64,000 nucleotides of DNA from Sarea resinae. Taxonomy: Eukaryota. The notes under the pieces are model-generated. The model did no database searches. It was given only the letters and a program-made list of their open reading frames with translations, and had not been told where the DNA came from. The position numbers and the translations under genes were made by a program. Shown here one piece after another: positions 38,890-51,768 of the stretch (positions within the stretch are counted from its first letter, which is position 1; each line of letters starts with the position of its first letter). The stretch covers positions 124,001 to 188,000 of the forward strand of contig JAPEUD010000050.1 of the NCBI GenBank assembly GCA_026026165.1, written 5' to 3'.

Positions 38890-39976
38890 TTATCGAGCTC
38901 TCCGCATAGATCTCTCCTGAGCCAACTCATATCTCCGAGCGCTTTGCGGAGCCGACATCTCATGTCTTTCGCAGTCTGAGGCAATCTCATGTCTTTGAGG
39001 ATCCGAGCCAACCTCATGTCCTTGGAAATCCGAGGGAAGCTCCCCTGTGGCACCAATTGCTCGCTCTCCAGATCCTGACCACGCCTTCGTATACCTGATT
39101 CCGTTTCTAGACTGTTCCTCTTCCCCTCGTATTGAGTTTTTGCCTCTATTATGGCGCCAAATTAAATATATCAAGCTCGCTGCGACCAAGACACCGACGG
39201 GGACACCTACGCCAACACCTATGGCAACGTGATTACCTGATTTATGGGGCGCCATTGGTGCGGTAGGCGCTGCTGTCGCGGATGTGTAAGTGCTGGTGCT
39301 CGATTTGGCTACACTGGTCTTGACCGAGCTGTCTGTCTTTGCAGAGGCGCCCGTGCTCGCAGAGTTGCTTGCGGCCGTGGACCTGCTTGCCCCTGTTGAC
39401 GTCGTTGATGTCCTTGATGTCGTTGGTGCCGACGAGGAATGTGCGGACGCCGCCGTCGCACCGATGGTGGTCAGATTGTAAGGCGTGCCGGCAAAGCTCA
39501 AGATAAACTTGTTATCCGTGCCATTGTTACAGGCATCGACATTCTTGTCATCGCAGCAATATGAATCCGTGGAAGTGCCGTCGCATTTGATGACGCCCTC
39601 GCCTCCATAGATGTTATCTGAGATCTTCCCGTTAGCCGCGGCAACAGTCTTTACCGAGTCTCCACTTGCCGTATGAGTAAACACAGAATGATGGACAGTC
39701 AGAAGATCGCCAGCTTTGATCCGTACAACTCCCACGAATGTACGTGTTGCCGGTGTTGTTCGAGTCGGTCGTGGACATGCAGAGCTTATTTGATAGACAC
39801 ACGTACCCTTCGCCACAGCAGAAGCTCTCTTGATCCGAGTCGGAACACGGCACATCTTGAAGGGATGCGGCGCCGTTCGGAAAGTAGCATATCGCGGAAA
39901 CGGCCTTGAAGGCGGTACTGATAGTGATGATGAACACGTAGGCAAGGTCAGACCGTCCTTTCCATTGAACCCTCAT
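38890..39976 (-). CDS. Single-pass cell-surface protein: signal peptide, Cys-rich ectodomain, Ser/Thr stalk, TM helix, cytoplasmic tail (Mid2/Wsc-like architecture)
   Basis: Exon 1 hydrophobic leader ending AVSA, then ICYFPNG..DVPC..FCC..CLSNKLC..RGSCTDQSWRSSDCPSFC. Intron about 39618-39669. Exon 2 has C..YCC..C, an S/T-rich stalk, TM VAIGVGVGVPVGVLVAASLIYLIW and basic stop-transfer RHNR. Confidence 0.82.
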
Positions 39977-41189
39977 CGCAAGTTATATACCAGCCGACCA
40001 ACGCGGCAAAACCCTCAGGAACACGAACACAACCAAATCACTGGAGAAGCAATTGCGAAAGTGCCAAGCGCTCGATGATAAAGAAGAGGGGATCCTGATG
40101 TTCCATCGTTTCTGGGGAAGGGGCCCACGATGATCTTGGAACATGGGGCATTGAGGCGGAAGGGCCGCAGCCAGGGCGCAGGCGTTTATAGATCCATGCT
40201 CTACACTTTGCTTCGAAGGGTGGCATGATCGAGGCAAGCGTTGGATGCAGCATACAGGCATACTCCGGAGTATATCTAGAGTTGGAGCAGCGACTTCGTA
40301 CATATGCTGCAGCTCCCAGTCAAAGAGGGGGCGTAGTCGACAGGGATTCGATGCGGAGGTACTAGATAGAGGATAGTAGGTAGGCTCAACGGTCTCGCAG
40401 AAGCTTGACTGAAGTTCTTGCACGTTCGAAGCGCCGAGTCTGGGGGGGATGGAGGGAATGGAGGGGATCGAGGAAAAGGAGGGGATGAGAGAGACGTGAT
40501 AGGTAGATATATCGAGGCTCATGCATTGACGGCGGCAGGACCCGCTGGTTTCCCGCCTATATACCTAGTCGCACCAATCATTCAATCAGACACCATCATT
40601 CCTGCAGATCTTCTGCTATCTATTGATATCCCCTGGTTTCGTGCACATGCACAACCATTTCTAATATGCATTGATCCTTCCTGGGACACGCATACTCCAG
40701 ATCGGAGATATGCTCTGGGACCAGTCGCGTGGGCATAGCTTACGAGCCATAAAACAAAATCGCATCCATTGAGAGAGCTACCAAGACCCAGTGCGCAATG
40801 CCGCCATCGATGACGTTGCCAACAATAAAGAATGCTCGATCGGATGGGATGGAGACTTTCTGGACGGCCGACGCCCAAGTACTTTTACCTCACTTTAGCC
40901 ATGTCGACGTTATTATTCTGGACGAATATGTCCTGTAAAGACGCAGGACATTGGCATTGGCATGGAAAGACGTGGAACCAGGGGCAATTGATCCCTACAG
41001 GTTCGAAAAAGGTCGTTCGATCATGGCGTATAGAGCGTACAGACATCTGAACCAACTACTCAAGAAGAACCCAAAATGAAAAGGAAATCAGCCGCTAAAT
41101 CCAGACAACCCAATCCAGCCCGAAGGATCCAAACAAAGTCACAAACACGTCACGCCGCGCGCAACGTAATCAAGCTCGATAGCAAAGAA

Positions 41190-42946
41190 TCACGAGTTAT
41201 CAGCACAGCTGAAACTGCCACCGCCGGGCTGATCATGGATAGCCTTGCCCGAGGCATAGAGCCCGAGACCGCAGATGGCGGCGCCCATACCAAAGATACA
41301 CAGATTGACAATCGAGAGGAATATCTTGCGGGGCGACGAAAACCAGAGGCCCTTGTTCATGAAGAGCCAGAAGATACCGCTGAGGCCGTACGTGAACCAG
41401 CTGGCGAAGAGGGACGAGATGAGCGAGAGCAGGTCGTTGAAGACGGGGATCGCCTCGGCGATGATCCACGCGATCACCCACAGGATCAGGCAGATGATCA
41501 TCCAGCTGCCGTAGGATGCGAGTGATTTCTTGCCCATCATGCCGGTGCCGCGGAAGATGCGCACGTAGATGTATTTGGCGGCCACGTGGCCGTTGATCAC
41601 GCCCGCGATGACAATCTATCCGGGTTCAGTCAGCAAGATGTTCCAGACAATAAAAGAGATTGAGGACTTACAGTAGGAATAGCAATGCCATATGCAACCT
41701 TCCTGACAATATGGCCCGTAGATCCGAGAGCAGGGGAAGCAACGTCAGGCCCTCCGTAGCGGTAGACGACGATTGCTACGATGATATACATGGAGATGTC
41801 GACGCCTTGAAGCAGGTACAGGGCTTTGGGGTATTGCTCAGGCACCTTGAGCTCGGAGATGAAACTGAAGAAGGCGACGTGGCCGGCTAGAAAATCAATG
41901 CGTTAGTTAGGCCAAATAAAAGGAAAAGGGGAAGGGTCTCACCATAGGCGAAGATGATGTTGGTGACGGAGAGGAAACCCTTGGCAAGTGAGGTGTGCAC
42001 GGTGGCGTCAACCTTCTTTCCGGGATGCTCGATACCGATACCGATCATGGTGATCATCACGGCCGAAATGATACTGATGAATGAAGCAATCGACAGATAC
42101 GACACCTTCTTCAGCGTCCTCGGCAACGTAAAGATCAGACAGACAATCATGCCCACAACGCCGAACACAATGGTACACGTCCCATGGTCAGAGATGACGT
42201 TCAACATGATCGAGAATGTCAGGACGTGGCTTCCCATAACAAAGATCAGGAAGATGATCTGTGCGGCGCCGAAGATTTCACGGCCGATGGGTCCTAGCAG
42301 AATCTCACCTGCATCGGCCATGTTGTGGACGTGCGGGTAGCGGAGCTTGAATTGGCCAAGGACGAAGCCCGTGTACGTGGCTACCAAGCCTAGACCGGCG
42401 ATGAGAATAATTCCTCTGCACTTGATTAGGTTGACATTGTAATGAAGAAAGTATAGGATATACTGACGGTACTATGCCGATGGCCGCGAGTACAGACGGC
42501 AGAGATAATATACCCAAAGAGATGGTCTCCGCGATCATAACTAACAACACATCGTTAGCTAGGAAGGCATTAGAAAAAGAGTGCCGTACTCATCCCAGCT
42601 TGCCTATTTCCAAGAGTCAGCATGCGCAGGTAGTCAGAAGCACCGTAGATACTGACCACCACTCCATCGTTCGATATTTGGTCTCAGCGCCCTCTTCATC
42701 CCCAAAGGGATCTTGCTTTCCCTTGTAGCCGACCTTGGCGACTCCGCCATGTGCAACCCCCTCACCTGCTTTTTCGGGATCCTCGAGGCCATTCGGTCGG
42801 TCCTCGGAAAAGTGGTGCTTATGGCTCTCGTCGGTCTGCGAGCCGGCCCCAGTGGGCGCCTCGGCGCTGGAGGGGTCGTAACTGTTCCAGTTGGGGTTGT
42901 CAACCACGACGGGTTCAGGCTCTCGTCTTCGGAAGGGAAGCTTCAT
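41190..42946 (-). CDS. mtr: Neutral amino acid permease (AAAP family, Mtr-like)
   Basis: DPFGDEEGAETKYRTMEWW/QAGM/IMIAETISLGILSLP..ATYTG..HNMADAG..FTLPRTL..NIIFAY/GHVAFF..GVINGHVA.KY..IAEAIPVFNDLLSLISSLFASWFTYG. Multiple GT..AG introns and a 14-nt exon at 42590-42603. Confidence 0.92.
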
Positions 42947-45256
42947 GTTGGCTGGGTCCGTATGGATGTTCGGAAAGGTGAGGAGGTGAGGAGGTGAGGA
43001 GGTGAGGAGGGGATGGTAGATGTGATGGCGATGAGTAGTACCTGGTGCAAGAGCGAAGAAGGCGAAGGAAATAGATGAAGAGGTTTGCGATTCCAGCAGG
43101 TGGGAAGGATATAAAGAGCAGAGAGGTTCAACGGCGTGCCCTACCACAACGACCTTACAACTACGTCGTTTGTCGCCGACGGCGGCTCGTCCGATATACG
43201 CTGTACTAACAGAGAAAGGGTTCCCAGCTTGGTTTGGTACGAGGTAGTACGAGGTAGGGCAGGAAGATGCTGACAGGGACAGGGAAGCGCATCCGCGCCT
43301 CACTACGATCCACACCTTGCCGTCCTTGCCCTCTCTGCCCACCTCACTTGCCCACATCGAGTAGTCTTCGAGTCGTCTTCCCCATTAATCTTGCTCCCTC
43401 GATGCTGACTTGCATTGCTCTACGGTGGTGACGGTGGCACGCCCCATCATCGCATCTGCTCCAGATGCAACCTTGTACGTAAGAGAGGCGGGGCAGTCAG
43501 ATCCACCGCAATATTAATCTCGAGACGGTCGCCCACGTCCGTCCCGCTTGGTCAGCAGCGGGAGCCTTGACGTCGATTCGCGGGTGGTTCTGAACATGCA
43601 TCATCTCCGGTCTCGTTCCATAGCATGTTGTTTCTTTCTCTTCTTCTTGCCAAGGCGCCCGGCTCAACCTCAACCGTCGAGAGCAGGTCGGATGACTCTC
43701 GGCGTTCTGATTGGAAGAAGAGGCGCGAGCGGGCGGGTTGATGTTTCAATGACGCCAAGGTGCCCGTTCTCGATTGATTGCGTTCTCTACTGGACCTGGA
43801 AGTACTGCATGAGGACCAGCCCCAGCCGCAATACCACCACCACCTTTGAAGGATCACAGTGCAGTGCAATGAGTGAGGTACTTCATAGGCAGTCTAATAT
43901 TTGTGTGTGTGCCCGAGAGTGTGTGCGTGGAGTGACGTGATGGGAAAAAGATCTGCGATTTCGGACTCGCTTGGCGCGGGTGGCTTTTTCGCTGGCAGGG
44001 GTGATGGCCGTGGTGGACCGTCAATGCTTTGTCTTTGCTTTTCTTTGGCTTGTCACAGCCGCTGAGGACGGACGGTACTTGGGGCATACAGGCCCCGCCA
44101 CTGGGGACGACAGCATCGTCTGGGTATCTTTTCGTCCTGTCCTGTCCGTGGACGAACAGGACAATGAGATTCCTCTCGGCCACCGGCCCACGGCGTCTGT
44201 GTCCATCTCGTTCTTCTTCGTTGTGATCTCGTGACCTCGGTGACCTTGGCAGATCCGGTCCTGTTTGGTCTGGTGACTTGTGATTCGTCGCAGCTCGGAT
44301 CGAATTGCCAATGGCCACCTCAGCCCGCTAATCGGTTCCGAGTTCCTTTAGTGTCGATCCGTCTCCCCGCCATCCCACTGGTGAGGTGCCTAATCGTACT
44401 CGAGTAGTACTCGTGAGTGCCTGCCTGCCTGCCCGCCTGCCTGCCCGCCTGCCTGCCTGACCAAGTACGCTGGAGGTACTTCAGTAGAGAGATGGCAGAT
44501 AAGGAGTTGAAGGATGAGGTGCAGGATCAACATCCTGACTTGACTGGACCATACTTATTACATCACCTCCTCTCCCCTCCACTCTTCTACCTCAGGTCTT
44601 CTCTGTTCTCCTCTCATGGAACCTACTACTCCGTACCCAAGGTACCTCCCTAGGTAGGTACGGTATGCTCGCCTCAAACCAGTGTACCTTAGCCTCGCTT
44701 GACAGCTGCCCAGCACTCCAGCTCCTCCACCTGTTCTTGAGATCAGTTTGATGGTTCGAAGGAGATTCGAGTAGACGAATCGAAAGATAAATGCCATTCC
44801 ATCTCACCATCCATACATACATACCGCAGTACTATGTAGATACCACATACCACATTGATACCATACCATAATCTCGGTACCTACCTCTCCACCTACCTTA
44901 CCCAGCTCCCTCCACCATACAAGTACGAATCACTTCGTATTACATTAGAATCTCCCTCCCAAGACCCAAGACCCAAGCAACCCAATCAACCCAATCAACT
45001 CCCCCGTTCATGGCTCGCGTGCGCGCCCGCCGCCGACACAAAAGCAAATCGCTCTATTATGTAGTAAAAAGCTTCATTGAGGCCCCCCCCCCCCCTCTTC
45101 AACCCTCAGCCCTCCCGCCCCCGCCCTCGTGTTCTTTTCCCCCACACCCCCAAATGCGCCCCTAAGAACGCCTCACACCTTATTCCTACTCGCGCGGCGT
45201 CTCGCTTGCACCCGTCTTGCATTTAGAGTTCAGGAATCTCTGCGAATGTGGGGGAC

Positions 45257-45298
45257 GAAGAAGAAGAAGAAGAAGAAGAAGAAGAAGAAGAAGAAGAA
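45257..45298. repeat. (GAA)x14 trinucleotide microsatellite
   Basis: Read directly; intergenic. Confidence 0.95.
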
Positions 45299-45785
45299 GA
45301 GGAGGGGCGCGACCCGTGAGTTGAGTGGGTGAGTGGTGATTGGTTGGGATTGGATGTGATCGAGGGATCAATAATCTACACGGTATGCATGAGGGGTGGC
45401 TCGAGCGTTTACCTGGTACGGTTGGTTGATAAATTGTTTGGTTGATTGGTTGGCTTTGTAAAGGTTTTGGATACGAGTACTCGATTGTCTGCTCGGTCGC
45501 TCTGGCGATCCGTCACTGCTAACGAGAGATCGATTGCAATGGCAGCCTATGTGGGTTTTAGGGGGCCTGCGCAATCACCACGAGATAGAAGCCATGTTGT
45601 TCATGGACGAGATATGTGAGATATGTGAAGAGTATTGAGTGTGGGAAATCAAAAGTCAACGCCTGTTGCTCATCCCCCTGAACTGCGAACAGCGCCATTA
45701 TAGATGAGTATATTTTACATAGGATAATATCCTAGCAACGCCAAGACTTCTTTTCAAACATCAACATCGTAAGCCATTCTTGTTC

Positions 45786-47750
45786 TTATGCTCTGACCTC
45801 TGGGGCATTTGAGACATCCCCATGAGTGACCTCCGCACCGTCCGCTGTAGCCTTGCTCGACTGACCAGCCTCGAAATGCTCTCCAGTGGGTGCACCGGCT
45901 TCGGTATCTTTTCTGATAGCGCGTGCTCCTGGCTCCAGATTGAGTCGATCAACGGTGACGAGTTCCTCGGGAGGCGGTGCGATCCATTTGCTGCTCTTCC
46001 ACGGAGGAACGTGCAGGAGGTACATGGTGTCGATCTCCTCCAGTGTCCTGCCCTGGCTTTCGCATACAAAGAAGTAAACCACGACCGCCCCCAGGAAACA
46101 ACATGAAGCAAAGACATAACCATATCGGAAGTCGATGGCCGAGGTAATGAAAGGTGTAAAGAATGCGATGAGGAAATTCCAGATCCAGTTCGATGCTGTA
46201 GCAATCGCCATACACTTGGCCCGATATCGACTCGGATAGAGCTCACCAACGATAGTCCAAATGATAGGACCCCACGTCATTGCAAATCCAGTAATGAAGA
46301 GACATGCAAAGACGATCATGGCAGTTCCAGCTCCGGGCGTGCTCGGGGGATCGTTTTGATCGAGCGAGAAGTGACCGACGGAAGCAAAAACCATGAAGCA
46401 CATGAACATCCACAAGCCACCAACAATAAGTGATTTGCGACGGCCGAAATGCTCCACCACGTAGAGACCTCCGAATGTCGTGCCAAAGTTGACACCTCCT
46501 AGGATCATCTGAGTGACGTAGCTGTTATTGATGCCGGTTGCCTGGAAGATGGTCGCACCATAGTAAAAGAAGAAATTGGCACCGGTCAATTGCTGCAATG
46601 CTTGGAGTCCGATGCCGAGCATTGTCCGGTAAAGCATCCGAGGGCCCGTAAAGATTTCGTACCATTTGTGCTCCCCACCAATTTGCTCCGTATCAAGCTT
46701 CTCCTGAATTTCCCTCATCTCGATGTGAACTTGACGATGATTCTCTGGAACGCCATATACTCCAGCCATAGTCTTTCTAGCCTCGTCAATCCGGCCATTA
46801 CGAAAGGCATAACGAGGAGATTCCGGGAAAAACAAAATGCCGATCCCGAGGATGCCAGCCCAGATGAAACCAATGCCCATGGGGATTCGCCAACTGGTAG
46901 GACTATGCCTCTTCTCAGTGCCAAAGTTGATGCAATTGGAGACGAAAATGCCGAGAGTGATGAACAGTTGGTAGGCACTGGGCGATATTAGCACCTAAGA
47001 TCACATTCACATTCACATCAGTGGGACCAACCTGACTAGAGCACCTCGGATCTGACGAGGAGCAGTCTCACTCTGGTACATGGGCACCAAGATGGAAAGA
47101 GCACCAACGCCGAGTCCTGCTACCAGACGTCCGACAGCAACTTGATACCACTTGTCGGTGGCAGCGACTTGGACGATTAAACCGACAGAAAAGATGACAC
47201 ACCAAAAGGAGATTGACAGCCTCCTTCCATATCGGTCAGCTATAGGAGCGCCGAGTAGACATCCGAACAGAGTACCGATGGACAGCTATTCCTCAGATTA
47301 GTATTCAACGTGCTTTGTCTTAGGCCACGCGACTTACCAGGGCCACAATGAGACCAGACCGAACGTTGCTGAAATGGTGCCCTGTGTGAGCCGTGCCAGA
47401 TGATCCCGGTGTACGTTGGCCAAAGCGTTCTAAGAAATCTGGCATGACCAAGAAGCCAGAAATTTGGCCTAGATGAGAAAAAGAAAAGCATTAGATCGGC
47501 AGCAAAAACAGGAGCGAAGAGACATGAGCATACCAGTATCATATCCAAAGATGAATCCACCCATGGATACCAAGATGCCCATAAAGAAAGAGCGAATGGA
47601 TAGATAAGGATACTTTGAATCATCGAGACCGCCATCTTTTTCGACGTCATCAAGCGCTGGCTGCTGATGTGTTGGGTACTTTTCCTCGTTGGTATCAGAT
47701 GAGTCTGATGTGGGCGACACTGTGTGCCCGAACAGTTTAGGGACCTTCAT
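45786..47750 (-). CDS. MFS sugar porter family hexose transporter (Hxt-like)
   Basis: SMGGFIFGYDTGQISG, ADRYGRR, VPMYQSETAPRQIRG, PESPR, LQQLTGANFFFYYG, VEHFGRR, TWGP..GELYP, ESQGRTLEEID. Introns 47469-47533, 47286-47337, 46978-47031. Confidence 0.95.
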
Positions 47751-47825
47751 TTTTGGATTGTATGTGCTTTAACCTGCAATGCAGTTGCTGATCGACAGCG
47801 AAGAGACGCAGGGCGGGCATGGCAT

Positions 47826-47835
47826 CTTTATAAAA
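47826..47835 (-). promoter_or_regulatory. Putative TATA box of the hexose transporter
   Basis: TTTTATAAAG on the minus strand about 80 bp upstream of the ATG at 47750. Confidence 0.45.
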
Positions 47836-47849
47836 CATCTGGACGGAGC

Positions 47850-48654
47850 GCGGGGCCCCAATCCTACAGAGATGCCGGCCGAACATCACGCTATCCCCTC
47901 CAACGGCAGCATCCGATTCGCGTTAAAGGGAGGGAAGAAAATTCTCTGTGACTGAGCTATCAGACGTTAAAGCCGTGGCTCCCGTTTGGGGGGGGCGGAA
48001 TGCTGCAACGCCGCATCGTCATGGGCCCTCGGGGCTCCAGCTGCTCTGGTCTGGAGCGTGGAAGGTAGAGTACCATAGTACCTACGACTGGAGGTACGCA
48101 CTACTAAAGATTTGGATCTGCCACCTGATGTGGAGTACATCTACGGGGGACTGGGGAACTCCACGGGGCTCCAGGTCGGCCGCGAGTGTTCCGCTTCCGT
48201 TCGAAATCACCTACTCCGAGTAGTGCGCCCAGAGCAGCTAGTACCGGGGAGCAGTCGCCAATCCACGCGCCAAGAGCACAATGGCCTCGTTTCCTGCCAC
48301 CATTTAGGTAAAAGAGCGGTATTGACTTTGCGGCTAATGGAGTCTGTCATTCAAAGGTTTTCACCTGCACCTGCAATTAACGTGGTGCATCAAAATGGAC
48401 TGCCAGAACCCCACCAGCCCCGGGGTTACTCCGGTGCTAACATGGATGGGATGCGAGCTACGGCTTCTTGCTCTCTTGGTCGGCGCAGAGATTCTAGAAA
48501 AGACGACCGCGCAGGTCACCGTATGCCGATGCTTACCAACGCCCAGCCATGGGCCCTGGATGAGGTGGGAGCTGGAGCTGTTGCATTACGAGTAACCCTT
48601 CAGGTCAGGCCCATTTGCTCTCCGGCCGCGGCCACCTGACAATACCACCCGGGG
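47850..48654. promoter_or_regulatory. Cluster of CreA/Cre1 (Mig1-type) consensus sites SYGGRG
   Basis: 16 matches on both strands counted by eye: 47850, 48035, 48051, 48088, 48130, 48151, 48159, 48169, 48244, 48409, 48418, 48420, 48429, 48572, 48620, 48649. Confidence 0.5.
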
Positions 48655-51600
48655 GCATGGATGTAGTCCGGAAGCCGTGAAGGTGCTTGATGGGTCGATC
48701 CAGCGCTGTCAACAGATCCATGCTGGGCTGCCTCGGACATCGGCTGGGAGCAATGGGCCGGTACTACGGAGCAACCAGGTAAGATTGTGACTCCTCAAGC
48801 TATCACTGCTATTCGCGAACATCGTCATCTTGCAGAGCAGGGATCCTTGCTATCATCGCATAATCGCTTCAATTCGATCCAGACTCCTGGTACCTTTTCA
48901 CGATGGGGAGATTCGTAAGCAGGGCAGATACTGGGGCGGCTTAGGCCGGGTCAAGCGCTCTAGAAGGCCATTTCTGCCAGTTTCTAGAGCAGAGCACCCT
49001 TACCTACAGGTACTCTATCCTGAATCAAAGAAAGACTTATTCCGATTCGGAAGCAACGTCCGCAGTGACATGGTTTATCCGCGACATGTGGCCACGCGGC
49101 TGTCGATGGCCTTATCTGATCGACTCTCACGGCTTCTCCGATTCCCTTGGCATGATCTTTTGATGGCCTGACCGACGTTGAGCGTCTGGATATCATGGCT
49201 GACGTTGAAGCATGATGGGGCGTATTGGGCTACTGCCGGCATTCGACAAGCCACACCACGCCAGATCTCCCTTTAAGATACGAGAGACCGTGGGAAGTGT
49301 TTGAGTCTGGAAGCCGGTCGGGCCTCATCGGTCCGAGAGATCCATGCATGGATGTGTTGAAGGACTGGATGGGAAGCGTGTACGGAGAATTCCGCAGAAC
49401 GCGCGCGCTACTACCTCCAGGGCTGTGCGAAATACCACCTCGGTCGTTCTCGCCTCCCGTCTGTTTGGTCTACGAGAAGAATAGCCCCGGAGGTAATGGT
49501 GGGAAGATGACTCGTGACCTGATGCACTGACGGCCCAGATCCAAGAGCTCTCGTGCCCATGAATCAAGCCTGGATTGAAGTTGGCACATTCTAATACTAA
49601 GTATGCGGTTGAGGCTGTCGATAATGCTTTCGCACAGCCCTGGCCACTTTGCACCTCGAGTACTGCCTTGATGTACCAGAAATGGATTGCAGATGCGACA
49701 AGTACTCTGTACAGACTATGGGGCCCTCGGACCTTAACTCCTTAACTTCAGTACCCTCCACTTTTGTCTTGTTCGCCCCACCAAAGAGAATTTCGTGCTA
49801 CCCCCATCTGATAAAGGGTACAAATAAACTCGGACAATATTACAGTATTATTGGCCTGCTGTCTCCTACTAAATAACCTACTGTGCCTCCTGGTGGGAGC
49901 GCTGCTTGGTGCGTGTAACATCTCGAATTCAATGCTAGACCAATCAAGCGATAGCTTATGCTGACGGATTAGATGATGGCATTGGAATCTCTAAGGTACC
50001 TGGTAAGCGAAAGTTCCATACCCTACTTTCTCCCACCAAGCAGCACCACCATGTTGAGTCTGGGCCTTGTCTCCCTCCCTTGAGACGTTGAAATGAATAG
50101 AAGGTGGGATCAAAGTCACTCGTGCTCTGATTGTTACAAGGGTCCACAGGTTCACAAAATTTAAGCACTGTGAAAAGACGAGCGGTCGCCCGAGAACATA
50201 AGCATGCACAGCATACAGTCTGGCCACACAATGTTGACCTTTTAAAATGCTTCATAGTTGCATCGCCCTATGGTTTACGTTGGCCATACTTCGACATGAC
50301 AATTGCAAGCAATTACAGAGACTTTCTGCATTCTGTCAGGTCAAGAAGTAGGGATCAAGGTTAGATCTGCAGCCTCCTAACGCCAAATCTTTGCTTCTAA
50401 ACCCGTGTTATAATTACCTGTAACGTTCAATCCAGCAACAGTGGCTTCGTACCTTATCTATTAGCAGTCTCTAGCGTCTGAAATGCCCTGCTTATCGTGG
50501 CTATCTGCTCATTGATCAAGAGAACTGCCACAGTAGGAGTCGGACGGCCTGGCAGGCCTCTTTGGTGGTAACAGTCATTTGAGGGTGTAAAGTAGCAGTG
50601 ATATATCCGCAGAGGACCTTTTTTTAAGTATTATCACGGTTGCAGCGGTCCTTGGGCATTGTGACAGGTCGGAAGCGGTGTGGGGTGGCCATGTTTATAA
50701 GGTAGTCATCGATCGTGAAACAGCAGGAAGTGGTGATACTCAGTACTGTGTTTGTCCAAAACCTCTAGGGGTCTCTAAATTGCCTTGGCGAGCGATCGAG
50801 CGATCGTTTGAAATTCGAGAGGCCGGACTGTACTCTCTTGTCAGATACCCTACCTCACCGACCTTACCTAGGTATGGTATCTCACAGCTCACAGTTCTCC
50901 ACAAGGTAGGTAAGATAGGTATTGAATAAGGGTTGCGATCTAAGAAAGAAAAAGCCCTGGAGGTTTCCTCAGACGAGGCATCTCTACTCTAATACTCGTA
51001 TCGTCATCATCGCGTACAATCATGAAGACATATGGTAATTTCAAAACAGGTCTTTTCGCTGAGGCACCCTTGTATCGACGATCGGCGTTGATCTCGCTCC
51101 ACAACAAACATGTCATGGTGGAGCAACTACTGAATGCCATGGTCGCAGACTTACTATTACTAGTACAGGATTTTCACCGGTAGCAGAGCGAACATACCGG
51201 GTAAAGATTTTAGCGACACGTGGGGATGGAGTCGAGTGAGCAAATGCCAATAAGCTTGCTGTGCGGATTACCGCATCGAGATATCCCCACGACTTGGAAA
51301 CGGACTCGAGTTGGTCCGCGCGGAACCTGAACGCACGGAGAGGCACTGGAATTACACTGCGGACTCAGATATACCGGTGCATGGACGAGATATACGCATG
51401 TGGGATGCATCCTGCATACTCCGGTACTAGCCCTAGAGAGCTGGGCATGCCGCGCTTGACGTAACTGGTGAGATAATACCCTGTGGCCCCTGTGGGCCTG
51501 CCTCTTTCAGCCTGTCCGTTTGCTGGCATCGTCAAATGCGCATAATCATGGCCTTAGTCCTTCAAAACCAGTCTTTCGCTACATACTTCCTCCATCTTTA

Positions 51601-51768
51601 TCATTTCCCTAGAGTTTCCCCCATCATTATCATCACTTCTGCACCAGCCGAATCGTAAACTTCAGGCCTCGCCGGGAGGAGATTCACGACTCGCGAAGCT
51701 GGGAGCGTTCTCAGACCCGTTTCACGAGGCAACACAGACCTTGAATAAGACGCCCTCCCCATCTCAAG

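Noticed and set aside
38957..39037. Short direct repeats as a CRISPR-like array
   Set aside because: Head-to-tail coding repeats without spacers, in a eukaryotic gene.
39670..39945. N-terminus of the 351-aa ORF 38890-39945 as the real start
   Set aside because: The overlapping frame starting at 39976 encodes the signal peptide and Cys-rich domain and splices into this ORF.
42947..43357. In-frame upstream extension of the permease ORF
   Set aside because: Translates promoter and 5' UTR repeats (CCTCCTCA runs). The ATG at 42946 gives a typical Mtr N-terminus.
45129..45371. Poly-Lys and poly-Leu ORFs
   Set aside because: Translation artefacts of the (GAA)14 microsatellite.
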